Of a stretch of 64,000 bases of DNA, positions 7,885 to 19,080 are shown piece by piece. The first letter of the stretch is position 1, and every line of letters starts with the position of its first letter. The position numbers and the translations under genes are program-made. The stretch covers positions 161,108 to 225,107 of the forward strand of contig CAYNRJ010000002.1 in assembly GCA_964399865.1 (NCBI GenBank). The letters run 5' to 3'. The stretch is from an uncultured Candidatus Saccharibacteria bacterium (GTDB taxonomy: Bacteria > Patescibacteriota > Minisyncoccia > Phycocordibacterales > UBA2100). The notes beneath the pieces are model-generated. The model made no database searches and was not told where the DNA came from. It saw only the letters and a list, made by a program, of their open reading frames with translations.

Positions 7885-10800
7885 GTGCCGCATGGGTGCC
7901 TTGTTGTAACAATGGCAAAAACAAAAGCGCGACCGCAGAAGTATTTTGGCAAGTTTCGGGAACCACTCGTTAAGCTTCCGAATCTCGTCGAAAGCCAGCT
8001 CGCATCTTTCCGTGAATTCGTGGACGGAGGTGCAGAGCGTGTATTTAAAGAATTTTCTCCAATTGCTGATCACTCCAGCAAGAAGTTCGAGCTCAAGCTC
8101 GTAAAATTTACGTTCGGCGATCTTCGCTGGGACGAACACTACGCAAAAAAGAACATGCGCACCTACGAGGCTCCTCTCTCGATGGTCGTTAAATTGAAGA
8201 ACAAGACAAGCGGCTCAGAAAAAGAGCAGGAGATCTTCCTCGCTGATTTTCCATGGATGACTCCACACGGTACGTTCATCATTAACGGTGTTGAACGCAT
8301 CATCGTCCCTCAGCTCGCACGTTCCTACGGCGTGTTTTTCGAATCAGTCCCTTACAAGGGTAAGAATTACTTTGCAGCGAAAGTTATCCCAGCTCGCGGC
8401 GTATGGATAGAAGTAGAGTCCGACCCAGACGGTGGAATTTACGTCAAAATTGACCGTAAACGCCGTTTCCCAGTGACTTCTCTCCTCCGTGTTCTTGGTC
8501 TCGCGACAGACAAAGAGATTCTCGGTCGTTTTAAAGGTGCTTCGAACGCTGCGGTGACGACTACACTTGGTCATGATCATGCAAAGACTCAGGAAGAGGC
8601 GTATGTAGAGATATACCGCCGTCTTCGTGATGGTGATATCGCAACACCTGAGAGCGCACGCACTCATGTCGACGCTATTCTTTCACCTGAACGATACGAT
8701 TTCTCTCGTGTCGGTCGTTTCCATTTCAATCGTCGTTTCGGACAGGGGATCACAGAAAAAGATCTCTTGAATGCAACTCTTAACCTCGACGATGTCATTC
8801 GTATCGTTACTCACATCGCAGATTTGAATGCAGATCCAGCTGCAATGCCTGACGATATCGACCACCTCGGATTCCGCCGTGTTCGTTTCGTTGGAGAACT
8901 CCTCGAGCAGAGAATGCGCGTAGGTCTCTCTCGTATGAAGCGCAACATTCAGGACAGAATGGCGATGGTGGACGCTGAGACAACTCTTCCAGTCCAGTTC
9001 GTGAACCCTCGCCCATTCCAGGCCGCTGTTCGCGAATTTTTCACCACAGACCAGCTCTCACAGCTGATGCAGCAGTACAACATTCTCGATGAAATAGAAC
9101 ACCTTCGTACACTTTCGACTCTTGGCCGTGGAGGTCTCACATCCGAACGTGCAGGTCTTGAAGTGCGCGATGTGCACTCATCTCACTACGGTCGCGTGTG
9201 TCCAATTCACACACCAGAAGGTAAGAACATCGGTCTCGTTCTTCACATGTCGCTCTACACACGTCCGAACGAGTTCGGCATCATGGAGACGCCATACGCG
9301 AAAGTTGAGAAGGGTGTCATCACCACAAAGATCCAATACTTGAACGCGATTGAAGAAGAGCAGTACGCAATTGCGCACGCTGCAACTCCGCGTGAAGACA
9401 GTGGCCGCATCACCGCGAAATTCGCTGAAGTCCGCAAAGAAGGGAAGCCAACACTCGTTCGACGTGAGGACGTTGATTTCATGGAGGTTTCTCCAAACCA
9501 ACCATTCTCTGTCGCGACGTCCCTCATTCCATTCGTTGAAAATAACGACGCAAACCGCGCACTCATGGGTTCGAACATGCAAAAACAGGCAGTTCCACTC
9601 GTCGTTCCTGAGGCTCCGCTCGTAGCTACCGGCGTTGAGAGCGCAGCAGCACGCGACTCAGGTCGCCTCATTCTCGCCGAAGACGCAGGAGAAGTTGTGT
9701 ACGCTGATGCACAGAAAGTATCTGTGAAAAATGCTGCAGGTAAGACAAAAGAGTATCCTCTCGTAAACTTCTCACGAACAAACGGCTTTACGACATTCCA
9801 CCAGCGCCCAGCTGTCACTGTGGGGGACACAGTTAAGAAAGGCGGAGTGCTTGCAGACTCTTCGACTTCAGTCGGGGGTCAGCTCGCGATCGGCCAAAAT
9901 GTCCGTGTCGCATTCCTCCCGTGGTTCGGAGCAAACTTCGAAGACGCTATCGTCATTTCTGAACGTCTCGCAAAAGACGCACGCTTCACTTCTATTCACA
10001 TGGAAGAGTTCGTTTGCGTCGTCCGCGATACAAAGCTTGGTCCGGAAGTAACAACTCACGACATTCCAAACGTCAGCGAATTCAAACTCCGCAACTTGGA
10101 TGAGGAAGGTGTTATCCGCATCGGTGCAGAAGTTCGCCCTGGCGACATCTTGGTTGGCAAAGTAACTCCAAAAGGCGAGACGCAGCTCACTCCTGAAGAG
10201 CGCCTCCTTCACGCAATTTTCGGTGAGAAGGCAAAGGATGTGAAGGACACATCACTCCGCATGGAAGGTGGAAAGCGCGGACGCGTTGTCGGAGTCAAAG
10301 TATTTTCTCGTGAAAGTGGCGATCAGCTCGAAAGCGGCGTCATCTCACGCGTGCACGTAGAAGTCGCACAGCTCCGCACGATCTCTGTCGGCGATAAGCT
10401 CGCAGGTCGTCACGGTAACAAGGGTGTCATCTCCCGCATTCTTCCAGAAGAAGACATGCCATTCGATGAGAACGGCAACCCTGTAGACATCATTCTCACT
10501 CCACTCGGCGTGCCATCCCGTATGAACCTCGGTCAGATTTTGGAACTCCACCTTGGTCTCGCAGCAGAAATGCTCGGTTACCAGGCAGTCGTTCCGTCAT
10601 TCTCCGGAGCATCAGAACAAGAGATTCGCGAGGAGCTCGCGAAAGCCGGCGTTCGTGAAGATGGTAAGCGCATCCTCTTTGACGGTCGCACAGGCGAAGC
10701 CTTCGCTCAGCCTGTTGCCGTGGGATACATGTACATGTTGAAGCTTCACCACATGGTGGAGGACAAGATCCACATGCGCTCTATCGGTCCTTACTCACTT

Positions 10801-11085
10801 ACGACCCAGCAGCCGCTCGGTGGAAAGGCGCAGAACGGAGGTCAGCGTGTTGGAGAAATGGAAGTATGGGCATTCCTCGGCTACGGCGCCGCATACTCTC
10901 TCCGTGAAATTCTCACCATCAAATCAGACGACATCCTCGGACGAAGTGCAGCATTCGACGCGATCGTTTCCGGCAAGCGTATTGAAGAGTCGAATACGCC
11001 AGCCACGTTTAACGTTCTCGTTCGTCACCTTCGTGGTCTTGGTATTGACATCGAATTTATCGAGCGATCAGGAGGTCTAAAATAA
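7885..11085 (+). CDS. rpoB: DNA-directed RNA polymerase beta subunit (short, 1066 aa)
   Basis: GDKLAGRHGNKGVIS and other rpoB signatures. Likely true start is MAKTKARPQ at ~7912. Confidence 0.97.
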   Translation: MPHGCLVVTMAKTKARPQKYFGKFREPLVKLPNLVESQLASFREFVDGGAERVFKEFSPIADHSSKKFELKLVKFTFGDLRWDEHYAKKNMRTYEAPLSMVVKLKNKTSGSEKEQEIFLADFPWMTPHGTFIINGVERIIVPQLARSYGVFFESVPYKGKNYFAAKVIPARGVWIEVESDPDGGIYVKIDRKRRFPVTSLLRVLGLATDKEILGRFKGASNAAVTTTLGHDHAKTQEEAYVEIYRRLRDGDIATPESARTHVDAILSPERYDFSRVGRFHFNRRFGQGITEKDLLNATLNLDDVIRIVTHIADLNADPAAMPDDIDHLGFRRVRFVGELLEQRMRVGLSRMKRNIQDRMAMVDAETTLPVQFVNPRPFQAAVREFFTTDQLSQLMQQYNILDEIEHLRTLSTLGRGGLTSERAGLEVRDVHSSHYGRVCPIHTPEGKNIGLVLHMSLYTRPNEFGIMETPYAKVEKGVITTKIQYLNAIEEEQYAIAHAATPREDSGRITAKFAEVRKEGKPTLVRREDVDFMEVSPNQPFSVATSLIPFVENNDANRALMGSNMQKQAVPLVVPEAPLVATGVESAAARDSGRLILAEDAGEVVYADAQKVSVKNAAGKTKEYPLVNFSRTNGFTTFHQRPAVTVGDTVKKGGVLADSSTSVGGQLAIGQNVRVAFLPWFGANFEDAIVISERLAKDARFTSIHMEEFVCVVRDTKLGPEVTTHDIPNVSEFKLRNLDEEGVIRIGAEVRPGDILVGKVTPKGETQLTPEERLLHAIFGEKAKDVKDTSLRMEGGKRGRVVGVKVFSRESGDQLESGVISRVHVEVAQLRTISVGDKLAGRHGNKGVISRILPEEDMPFDENGNPVDIILTPLGVPSRMNLGQILELHLGLAAEMLGYQAVVPSFSGASEQEIREELAKAGVREDGKRILFDGRTGEAFAQPVAVGYMYMLKLHHMVEDKIHMRSIGPYSLTTQQPLGGKAQNGGQRVGEMEVWAFLGYGAAYSLREILTIKSDDILGRSAAFDAIVSGKRIEESNTPATFNVLVRHLRGLGIDIEFIERSGGLK

Positions 11086-11097
11086 ATAAAAATTAAT

Positions 11098-14000
11098 ATG
11101 AAGAAAAAAGACGTCATTCCCGCAGATTTCGAAGCAGTCGCAATGCGACTCGCTTCTCCTGATCGTGTCGCTGAATGGAGCTGGGGCGAGATCACAAAGC
11201 CTGAGACCATCAACTACCGCACACAGCGCCCTGAGAAGAACGGTCTCTTCGATGAGCGCGTATTCGGTCCTGAAAAGGATTACGAATGTTACTGCGGTAA
11301 ATACCGTGGTATCCGTTTCCGCGGCATCGTGTGTGAGAAGTGTGGTGTTGAGATCACACGCGCAGTCGTTCGCCGTGAACGCATGGGCCACATTGATCTC
11401 GCAACTCCGGTCGCACACATTTGGTTCCTTCGTGGAATTCCATCTCGTATCGCACTCGTCTTAGGCCTATCCGCTGCAGAAGTTGAAAAGGTTGTGTACT
11501 TCGCTGGATATATCGTTACGTCCGTCGAGGAGCAGGAACGCGCACGCCTCCTCAAAGATCTCGAACAAGAATTCAGCACAAAAAATAAATCAGCTGCAAA
11601 CGCTGATGTAAAAACTGAGCTCAAGGAAAAGGCTCAGAAAGCGAAGAAAGAGATCGAGTCCATCCGTGAAGGTGTAGTTCTCGACGAAGCTGCATATCAC
11701 CTCTATGCCGTGAAATACGGAGCAATGTTCCGCGCAGCAATTGGCGCTGAAGCTCTCTACACGATCCTCAAACAGATCAATATTGATACGTTCATCGAAC
11801 GTTTGAAGAAAGAGTACGCAGAAGCAGGAGCGGCTGAACGCGACAAATTGCGAAAGCGCCTCGGCCTCGCAGAATCCCTCCAGCGCGCAGGTGTCCGCCC
11901 AGAGTGGATGTTCATGACACGTCTTCCAGTTGTTCCACCGGCACTCCGCCCCATGGTCGCTCTTGAAGGTGGTCGTCATGCATCTTCCGACCTCAACGAC
12001 TTGTACCGCCGTGTCATCAACCGAAACAATCGTCTCAAGCGCTTGCAGGCGATTCACGCGCCAGAAGTCATTCTCCGCAACGAAAAGCGCATCCTTCAGG
12101 AAGCAGTAGACGCGCTCCTCGACAACTCAATGCGTCGTGGAAGCGGAGTCCTCGGCATCCTCGGTGGTCGCCGTCGCGCTCTGAAGTCTCTCGCTGATTA
12201 CTTGAAAGGTAAGCACGGATACCTCCGTCAGAACCTTCTCGGTAAACGTGTCGACTACTCAGGTCGCTCGGTCATCGTTGTCGGTCCTAATCTCGCGCTT
12301 GATGAGTGTGGTCTTCCAAAGCACATGGTGCTTGAACTCTTCCGACCATTCGTTATTCAGGGACTTCTCGCACAGGAACTCGCATACAACATCCGTGGCG
12401 CAGGCCGACTTATCGAAGACGAAGCACCAGAAGTGTGGCCAATTCTTGAAAACGCGATCAAAGACAAATACGTTCTTCTAAACCGCGCGCCTACACTTCA
12501 CCGCCAGTCAATCCAGGCGTTCCGCCCAGTTCTAATTGAAGGTAACGCTATCCAGGTGCATCCACTCGTATGTCCTGCATACAACGCAGACTTCGACGGA
12601 GACGCAATGGCCGTCCACGTGCCGCTCTCAGAAGCTGCACAGAAAGAAGCAGGCATGATCATGTCTGCAAACAAGAACATCTTGAAACCAGGTTCAGGCG
12701 ATGTTGTCGTTGCATCTAAGCTTCTCGATATCGTCCTCGGCTGCTACTGGATGACAAGGGGAGTCGCAGGTCTTAAAGGAGAGGGAACTGCATTCCCTTC
12801 TACAAATGCCGCGATCACCGCGCATGACTTCGGTGTCATCGATCTCCGCGCGAAAGTAAAAGTCCTTCCTGGAGACAGTAAGAAATACGCACACTTCGAA
12901 GGTAAGGTTTTCGAGACGACCGTTGGTCGCCTTCTATTCAACTCTGTCCTCCCATCGGATTTTGCGTTCGTCAACGAAGAGATCACGAACAAGCGCATGG
13001 GTGCTCTCGTGCAGGAGCTCGTCGTTAAGTACAAGCTCGACGGTATTCCAAAGATCCTCGACAAGATAAAAGGATTCGGATTCCGCTACGCAACACATGC
13101 AGGTATCACCTGGTCCATCTCTGACGTTGTTGTTCCAAAAATTAAGGAAGAACTCGTTCAGGCAGGACGTGAAGCAGCTGCGCGCGAACAGGAGAACTTC
13201 ATGCAAGGTCTTCTTACAGAAGTTGAACGCCGCCGCATGACTGTTGAGATCTGGGGCAAAATGTCGAACGAACTCCGAAAGCACGTTGTCGACACACTCG
13301 ATGCAACAGGCCCAGTTCACGACATGATCACATCAGGCGCTCGAGGTTCCGTAGTCCAATTACACCAGATGGCCGGTATGAAAGGTCTCATCACAAACCC
13401 ACGTGGAGAGATCATCGAATTCCCTATCACATCATCCTTGAAAGAAGGTCTTACACCGATCGAGTATTTCATCTCGACTCACGGTGCTCGTAAGGGTCTT
13501 GCCGACACCGCGCTCAACACAGCACGTGCCGGTTACCTCACACGCCGCCTCTTCGACGTTGCGCATGACGTAGTGACTCTCGAAGATGACTGTGGCACGA
13601 AGGAGGGCATCATCATTGATCGTCCAGGTAAAGAAAATATTGGAGGCAGCTTCGCTGACCGTGTCACAGGACGCGTGCTCGCAGAAGATACTGCAGGCTT
13701 CAAGCGCGGAACACTTCTTACACGCGACGATGCGAAGAAGGTGGAGGCAAGCGATGCTACAAAGGCAGTCGTTCGTTCTCCGATCACATGTAAAGTAGCC
13801 CGCGGCGTATGTCGCCAGTGCTACGGTATGGATCTCACAACCGGCGAGATGGTAGATGTGGGAGAGGCAGTCGGTGTCATCGCAGCACAAGCTATCGGTG
13901 AACCAGGTACTCAGCTCACAATGCGTACATTCCACTCAGGAGGTGTCGCTACAGTGGGTGGAGACATCACAATGGGTCTTCCACGCGTTGAAGAAGTCTT

Positions 14001-14793
14001 CGAATGCCGTATGCCAAAAGCTCCGGCATCCCTCGCTCGTGTTGCAGGAACGGTTTCTGGCATCAGAAAAGAAGGTCCGGACACTATCCTCACGATCCTT
14101 CCTGATGGCGCATCTCTTGCGAAAACAGCTAAGGCCGCAAAGAAAGAGACTGAGTACGTCATTCACCCACTCCGTACGCTTATCGTCAAAGAAGGGAGTC
14201 ATGTAGAGAAAGGCGACTTCCTCACTGACGGATCTGCAGATCTTGAAGAGCTCTTCCTCCTCGCAGGAAAAGAGGCAGCTCAGGATTACATCATCGGAGA
14301 GATCACACGCATCTACGAACTACAGGGAGTTTCAACCGGACGTAAGCACCTCGAAATCATCGTGAAGCAGATGTTCAGCCGTGTATCTGTTTCTCATTCA
14401 GGTGACACAGGAGTCTCAGCGGGTGAGATCATCGCAGACTTCGAATTCGAACGCATCAACAAGGTGCAGAAAGAATCCGAAGGTGAAGGAGCGAAATCCA
14501 AACAGCTTCTCCTCGGTATCACAGAAGTTTCTCTCACGCGTGCATCCTTCCTCTCAGCAATCTCATTCCAGAACACACCTCGTAAACTCGCAGAAGCAGC
14601 AGTTTCCGGTGCGGTGGACCGCCTCATTGGTCTTAAGGAGAACGTTATCATCGGTCGCCTCATTCCAGCAGGTACTGGCTTCAAGGGCAGTAAGAAGCAC
14701 ACAATGATCGCGCAGATGGAAACGGATCTCGCGTCTCAGGCACCGAGAGAGGAAACGGATTCTCAGAAGCAGAAGGAGTCGATGGAGAGATAA
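11098..14793 (+). CDS. rpoC: DNA-directed RNA polymerase beta' subunit
   Basis: NADFDGDAMAVHVPLS catalytic motif and zinc-binding CYCGKYRGIRFRGIVCEKC. Confidence 0.97.
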   Translation: MKKKDVIPADFEAVAMRLASPDRVAEWSWGEITKPETINYRTQRPEKNGLFDERVFGPEKDYECYCGKYRGIRFRGIVCEKCGVEITRAVVRRERMGHIDLATPVAHIWFLRGIPSRIALVLGLSAAEVEKVVYFAGYIVTSVEEQERARLLKDLEQEFSTKNKSAANADVKTELKEKAQKAKKEIESIREGVVLDEAAYHLYAVKYGAMFRAAIGAEALYTILKQINIDTFIERLKKEYAEAGAAERDKLRKRLGLAESLQRAGVRPEWMFMTRLPVVPPALRPMVALEGGRHASSDLNDLYRRVINRNNRLKRLQAIHAPEVILRNEKRILQEAVDALLDNSMRRGSGVLGILGGRRRALKSLADYLKGKHGYLRQNLLGKRVDYSGRSVIVVGPNLALDECGLPKHMVLELFRPFVIQGLLAQELAYNIRGAGRLIEDEAPEVWPILENAIKDKYVLLNRAPTLHRQSIQAFRPVLIEGNAIQVHPLVCPAYNADFDGDAMAVHVPLSEAAQKEAGMIMSANKNILKPGSGDVVVASKLLDIVLGCYWMTRGVAGLKGEGTAFPSTNAAITAHDFGVIDLRAKVKVLPGDSKKYAHFEGKVFETTVGRLLFNSVLPSDFAFVNEEITNKRMGALVQELVVKYKLDGIPKILDKIKGFGFRYATHAGITWSISDVVVPKIKEELVQAGREAAAREQENFMQGLLTEVERRRMTVEIWGKMSNELRKHVVDTLDATGPVHDMITSGARGSVVQLHQMAGMKGLITNPRGEIIEFPITSSLKEGLTPIEYFISTHGARKGLADTALNTARAGYLTRRLFDVAHDVVTLEDDCGTKEGIIIDRPGKENIGGSFADRVTGRVLAEDTAGFKRGTLLTRDDAKKVEASDATKAVVRSPITCKVARGVCRQCYGMDLTTGEMVDVGEAVGVIAAQAIGEPGTQLTMRTFHSGGVATVGGDITMGLPRVEEVFECRMPKAPASLARVAGTVSGIRKEGPDTILTILPDGASLAKTAKAAKKETEYVIHPLRTLIVKEGSHVEKGDFLTDGSADLEELFLLAGKEAAQDYIIGEITRIYELQGVSTGRKHLEIIVKQMFSRVSVSHSGDTGVSAGEIIADFEFERINKVQKESEGEGAKSKQLLLGITEVSLTRASFLSAISFQNTPRKLAEAAVSGAVDRLIGLKENVIIGRLIPAGTGFKGSKKHTMIAQMETDLASQAPREETDSQKQKESMER

Positions 14794-14797
14794 GAGG

Positions 14798-14911
14798 CGA
14801 CTTTATCCGACGAGCCTCTCTCGGGTCGCTGTCTGCGGCTGCTGCCGCAGCGCTCGGGCTCGGCGCCGCCGCGCCTGTGCAGACCCTCGAAAGGCTCGTC
14901 GGTCTAAAGTC
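14798..14911. repeat. long imperfect hairpin repeat, copy B
   Basis: Outer stems gacttta..taaagtc and ccgacgagcc..ggctcgtcgg. Apical core ctgcggctgctgccgcagcgctcgggctcggcg is homologous to copy A, with compensatory C/G swaps that keep the stem paired. Confidence 0.5.
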
Positions 14912-14971
14912 TTGGGAGGAGGGCTGGGATAATACAATGCATTCTTTCCTGGAAAGGCGCATAATGTTCAC

Positions 14972-16693
14972 ATGTCCGACACTGTAGAGCGAATTAAAGA
15001 CAAACTTCCCATCGTGGATGTTGTGTCGCAATACGTGAAGCTTGAAAGGAGTGGCACAAATATGCGTGCGCGCTGTCCATTCCACGCGGAGCGCTCGCCG
15101 TCTTTTTTCGTCTCGCCTGATCGCGGTACGTATCACTGCTTCGGTTGTAATGTGGGAGGTGACATCTTCTCATTCGTGGAGCAGATTGAAGGACTCGATT
15201 TCAAGGGTGCTCTAAAAATCCTCGCTGAGAAAGCGGGGGTCACTATCGAATACGATCGGGGTCGTCCGGAGGAGCGTAACGAAAAAGATAGACTGTTCGA
15301 ACTACTCGAAGTAGCGACGATATTCTATTCATCGCGTTTGAATGAAGGGGCTAAAAAGTACCTGAAAGAGCGGGGAATTAACGACGAAACGATAAAGGAA
15401 TTTCGCATCGGATGGGCAGGGGATTCGTGGAGCGAAGCGTCCACCTATTTCCGCGAAAAGAAATTCTCCGAAAGGGAAATCGTCGACGCAGGTCTCGCTA
15501 AGAAAGGCGACCGGGGGCTAACGGATAAATTCCGTAATCGCATCATGTTCCCTATCGCAGATTCCGCGGGGCGCATTGTCGGCTTCTCTGGGCGCATCTT
15601 TGGGGCAGATGCTTCTCCTGATGCGCCGAAGTACTTAAATAGTCCCGAGACTCCCCTTTTCCATAAATCTAAAATCCTCTACGGTTTCGACAAGGCAAAA
15701 CAGGCGATGAGGAAGAACATGTGCGCCGTCCTCGTAGAAGGGCAGATGGATCTCCTTGCGTCCCATCAGGCCGGCTGGACGAATACTGTCGCAGTTTCTG
15801 GAACAGCGTTTACCGCAGAGCACGGGGCCCTTATACGTCGTATGACGGATAATCTCGTTATAGCGCTCGACCCGGATGAAGCGGGGTTTAAAGCCGCTGC
15901 GCGTGCGGCAAGAGCTGCTTTACAAGGAAATCTAAATGTGAAAGTCGCACATTTGCCTCCTGAGCTAGACCCCGCTGATCTTATTCAGAAAGAGGGGAAG
16001 GAGGCCTGGAGTAAAGCGATCCGCGAATCCAAAGACATAATTGTTTTCCTCCTTGATGTTCTTGAAAGCCATGCAAAAAATAAAGACGGTTTTCGACGCT
16101 CTGTGGAAACAGTCGTCCTTCCGTTTCTCTCTGATGTTTCGAGTCCTATCGCACGTGAAAGTTATCTCCGGGAGATAGCGGGTCGCCTCGGCGTCTCTGA
16201 GAGAGCTGTAGGTGAAGCTCTCGCGAAATTACCAACACAAAAAGATGTCGCTGGTGCACCGCAAGAGACCCAGCCAGCCACCACTCTTCATTCTGATCCG
16301 AATGCGATGAATAGAGTTAAACAAGCCTTCTCAATTCTTCTGTGGCAAGGGAAACAGCAAAAACCAGATATAGATTTGGCAGCCTTCAAGAAAGAATTCG
16401 AAGAAGCCGTAGGCGAAGAGACCTTGAAAGCTCTTCAATCACTCGAGCTGGCTGAGCAAGAATCCCTTCGCTTCTCCGCGGAGAGATTGTATGGCAAAAG
16501 TAATGCGATTAAACAAGAAGCGAGCACACTTCTCCGGGTAATCCTGCTCGACAGGCTCTCAATTGAGCACTCCGCGGCGACTGCCGCCCTAAAGGCAGCC
16601 GAAGCTCGGGGGGATGACGCTCAGGTGGGTGTGTATATGTCTGTGGTTAAACTGTTGACAGCGCGCATTGCGAAATTGCACACATCAGTGTAA
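14972..16693 (+). CDS. dnaG: DNA primase
   Basis: CHC2 zinc finger CPFHAERSPSFFV...YHCFGC and Toprim EGQMD. Upstream of rpoD as in the conserved dnaG-rpoD operon. Confidence 0.92.
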   Translation: MSDTVERIKDKLPIVDVVSQYVKLERSGTNMRARCPFHAERSPSFFVSPDRGTYHCFGCNVGGDIFSFVEQIEGLDFKGALKILAEKAGVTIEYDRGRPEERNEKDRLFELLEVATIFYSSRLNEGAKKYLKERGINDETIKEFRIGWAGDSWSEASTYFREKKFSEREIVDAGLAKKGDRGLTDKFRNRIMFPIADSAGRIVGFSGRIFGADASPDAPKYLNSPETPLFHKSKILYGFDKAKQAMRKNMCAVLVEGQMDLLASHQAGWTNTVAVSGTAFTAEHGALIRRMTDNLVIALDPDEAGFKAAARAARAALQGNLNVKVAHLPPELDPADLIQKEGKEAWSKAIRESKDIIVFLLDVLESHAKNKDGFRRSVETVVLPFLSDVSSPIARESYLREIAGRLGVSERAVGEALAKLPTQKDVAGAPQETQPATTLHSDPNAMNRVKQAFSILLWQGKQQKPDIDLAAFKKEFEEAVGEETLKALQSLELAEQESLRFSAERLYGKSNAIKQEASTLLRVILLDRLSIEHSAATAALKAAEARGDDAQVGVYMSVVKLLTARIAKLHTSV

Positions 16694-16806
16694 AGTAAGC
16701 GGCCTTGTCCTCTAACGTCATTTAAGCAAGGAAATACGAGGAAAAAAGAGGTTTTTCATATAGTTTCCTATCTCTCGAAGGGAGGGCGGATCCTTAACGT
16801 GGATGT

Positions 16807-18045
16807 ATGGTGAAGAAAGGAAAAAGCAAAAAAACAGCGACGAAAAAAACTTCAGGGACAAAGAAGGCGTCTAAAGCTGCATCAAAATCGACGCGTGTCA
16901 GCAAAGTGACTTCTGGAAAGAAGGCGAAAAATTCTGCCAGCGCGAGCGCAAAGAATGCGGGCTCTCGTGCAAAACAACACGGCAAAGTTGAGAATCTTAT
17001 AACGCTTGGTCGCGAGCGCGGATACATCACGTACGACGAAATTTTGCGCGAGTTTCCAACGATCGAAGACAACGTGCTTCTTCTCGAAGAGATCTATGAT
17101 CGTTTCAGCACGGCAGGAATAGACGTCCTCGAAGGAGGAGGAATGCTCGAAGATAATTCTGCAGATACAGTTCTCGAAAAGAAAAAGTTGCAGCACCGCC
17201 GATCTGATGCGGGCTTTGATTCCGTGCAGATGTATCTTCGTGAGATCGGTCAGTACCCACTCTTGAATGGTCAGCAGGAGAAAGACCTCGCGAAGCGAAT
17301 ACTCCAGAGCGACGACGAAGCTCGCGGGATTCTTGCTCGCTCCAACCTTCGTCTCGTCGTTTCTATTGCAAAGAAATATGTAAACCGCTCTCCGGACCTC
17401 ACTCTTCTCGACCTCATTCAGGAAGGGAACCTCGGTCTATTCAAGGCCGTTGATAAATTTGATTACACAAAGGGATACAAATTCTCGACGTACGCAACGT
17501 GGTGGATCCGTCAGGCGATCACTCGTGCTCTTGCAGACCAGTCTCGCACAATTCGTATTCCAGTCCACATGGTGGAAACTATCGCTAAGTACAAGCAGAA
17601 AGTGCGTGAACTCTCTCAGCATCTTGGCCGCGACCCGCTTCCAGAAGAGATCGCCGCAGAAATGGGTATTGAAGTAGACAAGATCTACACGATTCAGAAG
17701 ATCAACCAGGACACAGTATCCCTCGAATCTCCTGTTGGTGAGGATGATGACGAACGCTCCACACTCGGAAGCTTTATCGCTGACGATACTATTGCATCCC
17801 CAGACCAGGACGCCTCACGCAGAATTCTTGGCGAACAAATGGGTGAGATTCTCGATGAGCTTTCTCCAAAGGAGCGCAAGATTCTAGAAATGAGGAATGG
17901 ACTAACCGACGAAGGTATCTGCTTCACTCTTGAAGAGGTAGGACGTGAATTCGGCGTCACCCGTGAACGTATCCGTCAGATCGAGGCGAAAGCACTGGAG
18001 CGCATCCGCTTCCACGAAAAAGCAAAACAGCTGAGGAGTTACTAA
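16807..18045 (+). CDS. rpoD: RNA polymerase sigma factor RpoD/SigA with a Lys-rich N-terminal tail
   Basis: Region 2 [19 protein letters not shown]...[15 protein letters not shown] and region 4 [20 protein letters not shown]. Confidence 0.93.
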   Translation: MVKKGKSKKTATKKTSGTKKASKAASKSTRVSKVTSGKKAKNSASASAKNAGSRAKQHGKVENLITLGRERGYITYDEILREFPTIEDNVLLLEEIYDRFSTAGIDVLEGGGMLEDNSADTVLEKKKLQHRRSDAGFDSVQMYLREIGQYPLLNGQQEKDLAKRILQSDDEARGILARSNLRLVVSIAKKYVNRSPDLTLLDLIQEGNLGLFKAVDKFDYTKGYKFSTYATWWIRQAITRALADQSRTIRIPVHMVETIAKYKQKVRELSQHLGRDPLPEEIAAEMGIEVDKIYTIQKINQDTVSLESPVGEDDDERSTLGSFIADDTIASPDQDASRRILGEQMGEILDELSPKERKILEMRNGLTDEGICFTLEEVGREFGVTRERIRQIEAKALERIRFHEKAKQLRSY

Positions 18046-18049
18046 GCTC

Positions 18050-18078
18050 CTTCCTTAGGAGAGAAGGGAAGGTGGAAA
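18050..18078. terminator. putative bidirectional terminator between convergent rpoD and GNAT genes
   Basis: ccttcctt-aggagag-aagggaagg imperfect hairpin, flanked by A/T-rich sequence. Confidence 0.35.
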
Positions 18079-18083
18079 AGAAT

Positions 18084-18632
18084 TTATTCAACCGGAGTCT
18101 TTGGCAGGAGCATCTTTAAGGATGTTCGATGTGCGCCGCTCTTTAACGTTTCCGTGCCGCTTATGCCTGTTTCCACAAAACCCCATTTTTTATAAACGCT
18201 CCGGGCATTTTCATTGTAGTCGACGACCCATAGTGCAGTATCGTGAGTAGGGTTTAAAACAGTTTGCGCCTGCTTCCATAGTAATGCTCCAATTCCAGTA
18301 CGTTTCTTATCTGGTAGCACGTGGATGCGTGCAAGTAGATTCTCATCAGGCCCAGTTCTCACGCGACAATACCCGACAATAGTATTTCCATCTTTGGCGA
18401 CAAATTGATAAAGATTTGCTTCTGGTTTAATCAAATCTTCTCGATGTCTTTGAAGCCCCTCAGAGGTAAATTCCTCCTTGTAACGTTCCTCTATATCTTC
18501 CCTCGTAATTCCACGTTCTTCGTTCACGTATGTTGTCAAAAGACTGGCACGCATTAGCTCTTGGATGCCCGGAGCATCGCCAGCAGTTGCTGGGGTAACC
18601 GCTATTTGAGGCAATTTCTCTACGCTCTCCAT
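18084..18632 (-). CDS. GNAT family N-acetyltransferase
   Basis: VGYCRV...RTGIGALLW...VYKKWGF acetyl-CoA binding motifs. Confidence 0.8.
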   Translation of the reverse strand: MESVEKLPQIAVTPATAGDAPGIQELMRASLLTTYVNEERGITREDIEERYKEEFTSEGLQRHREDLIKPEANLYQFVAKDGNTIVGYCRVRTGPDENLLARIHVLPDKKRTGIGALLWKQAQTVLNPTHDTALWVVDYNENARSVYKKWGFVETGISGTETLKSGAHRTSLKMLLPKTPVE

Positions 18633-18675
18633 TACTCAATGCTACCGTTCGCATTGCATTTATCCAAATAAATCA

Positions 18676-18701
18676 AGCGGCCGGGCATGAGTATGTCCGG
18701 C
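18676..18701 (-). terminator. rho-independent terminator (minus strand)
   Basis: cggccgggcat-gagt-atgtccggccg stem with one mismatch. On the minus strand it is followed by cttgatttatttgg. Confidence 0.5.
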
Positions 18702-18723
18702 CGTATTTGCGTTGCGGCTCCCA

Positions 18724-19038
18724 TCAATTGAGCCGCAGTTCGTCGCCGATAAGGCGGATTTCGGCGGGTGTAATGAGCCCCACATGAGCCACTTCAACAG
18801 AGCGCACGGGAGCTACGAGTTCACGCTTCCAGAAGTCCAGAAACCGCAGCAGTTTTGGAAATCGGGGAGCGAGATCGTATTCCTGCCATAAATAAAGCTG
18901 AAGAATGCTGGGATGGTCGAGGCGACCGTAGAAAATCTTCGCGGTCGTTAGTCCATAGCCCTCCAGTTGTCGCCGAAAATCGCGAGACGAAGTCATCACC
19001 GCCTCCATATTTATTTGGAGCATTCCGAAGCTCCCCAA
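18724..19038 (-). CDS. hypothetical protein (104 aa)
   Basis: ORF with a plausible start. No family recognised. Confidence 0.4.
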   Translation of the reverse strand: MGSFGMLQINMEAVMTSSRDFRRQLEGYGLTTAKIFYGRLDHPSILQLYLWQEYDLAPRFPKLLRFLDFWKRELVAPVRSVEVAHVGLITPAEIRLIGDELRLN

Positions 19039-19080
19039 ATCGATGCTATACCTCTCCTTTGACTTTGTTAAGAGAGGGTT

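Noticed and set aside
9255-9830. Several 100-190 aa ORFs on the minus strand inside rpoB and rpoC (for example 9255..9830, 11590..12057, 13432..13935)
   Set aside because: They are fully embedded antisense to highly conserved polymerase genes. Chance ORFs of this kind are typical of GC-moderate coding regions.
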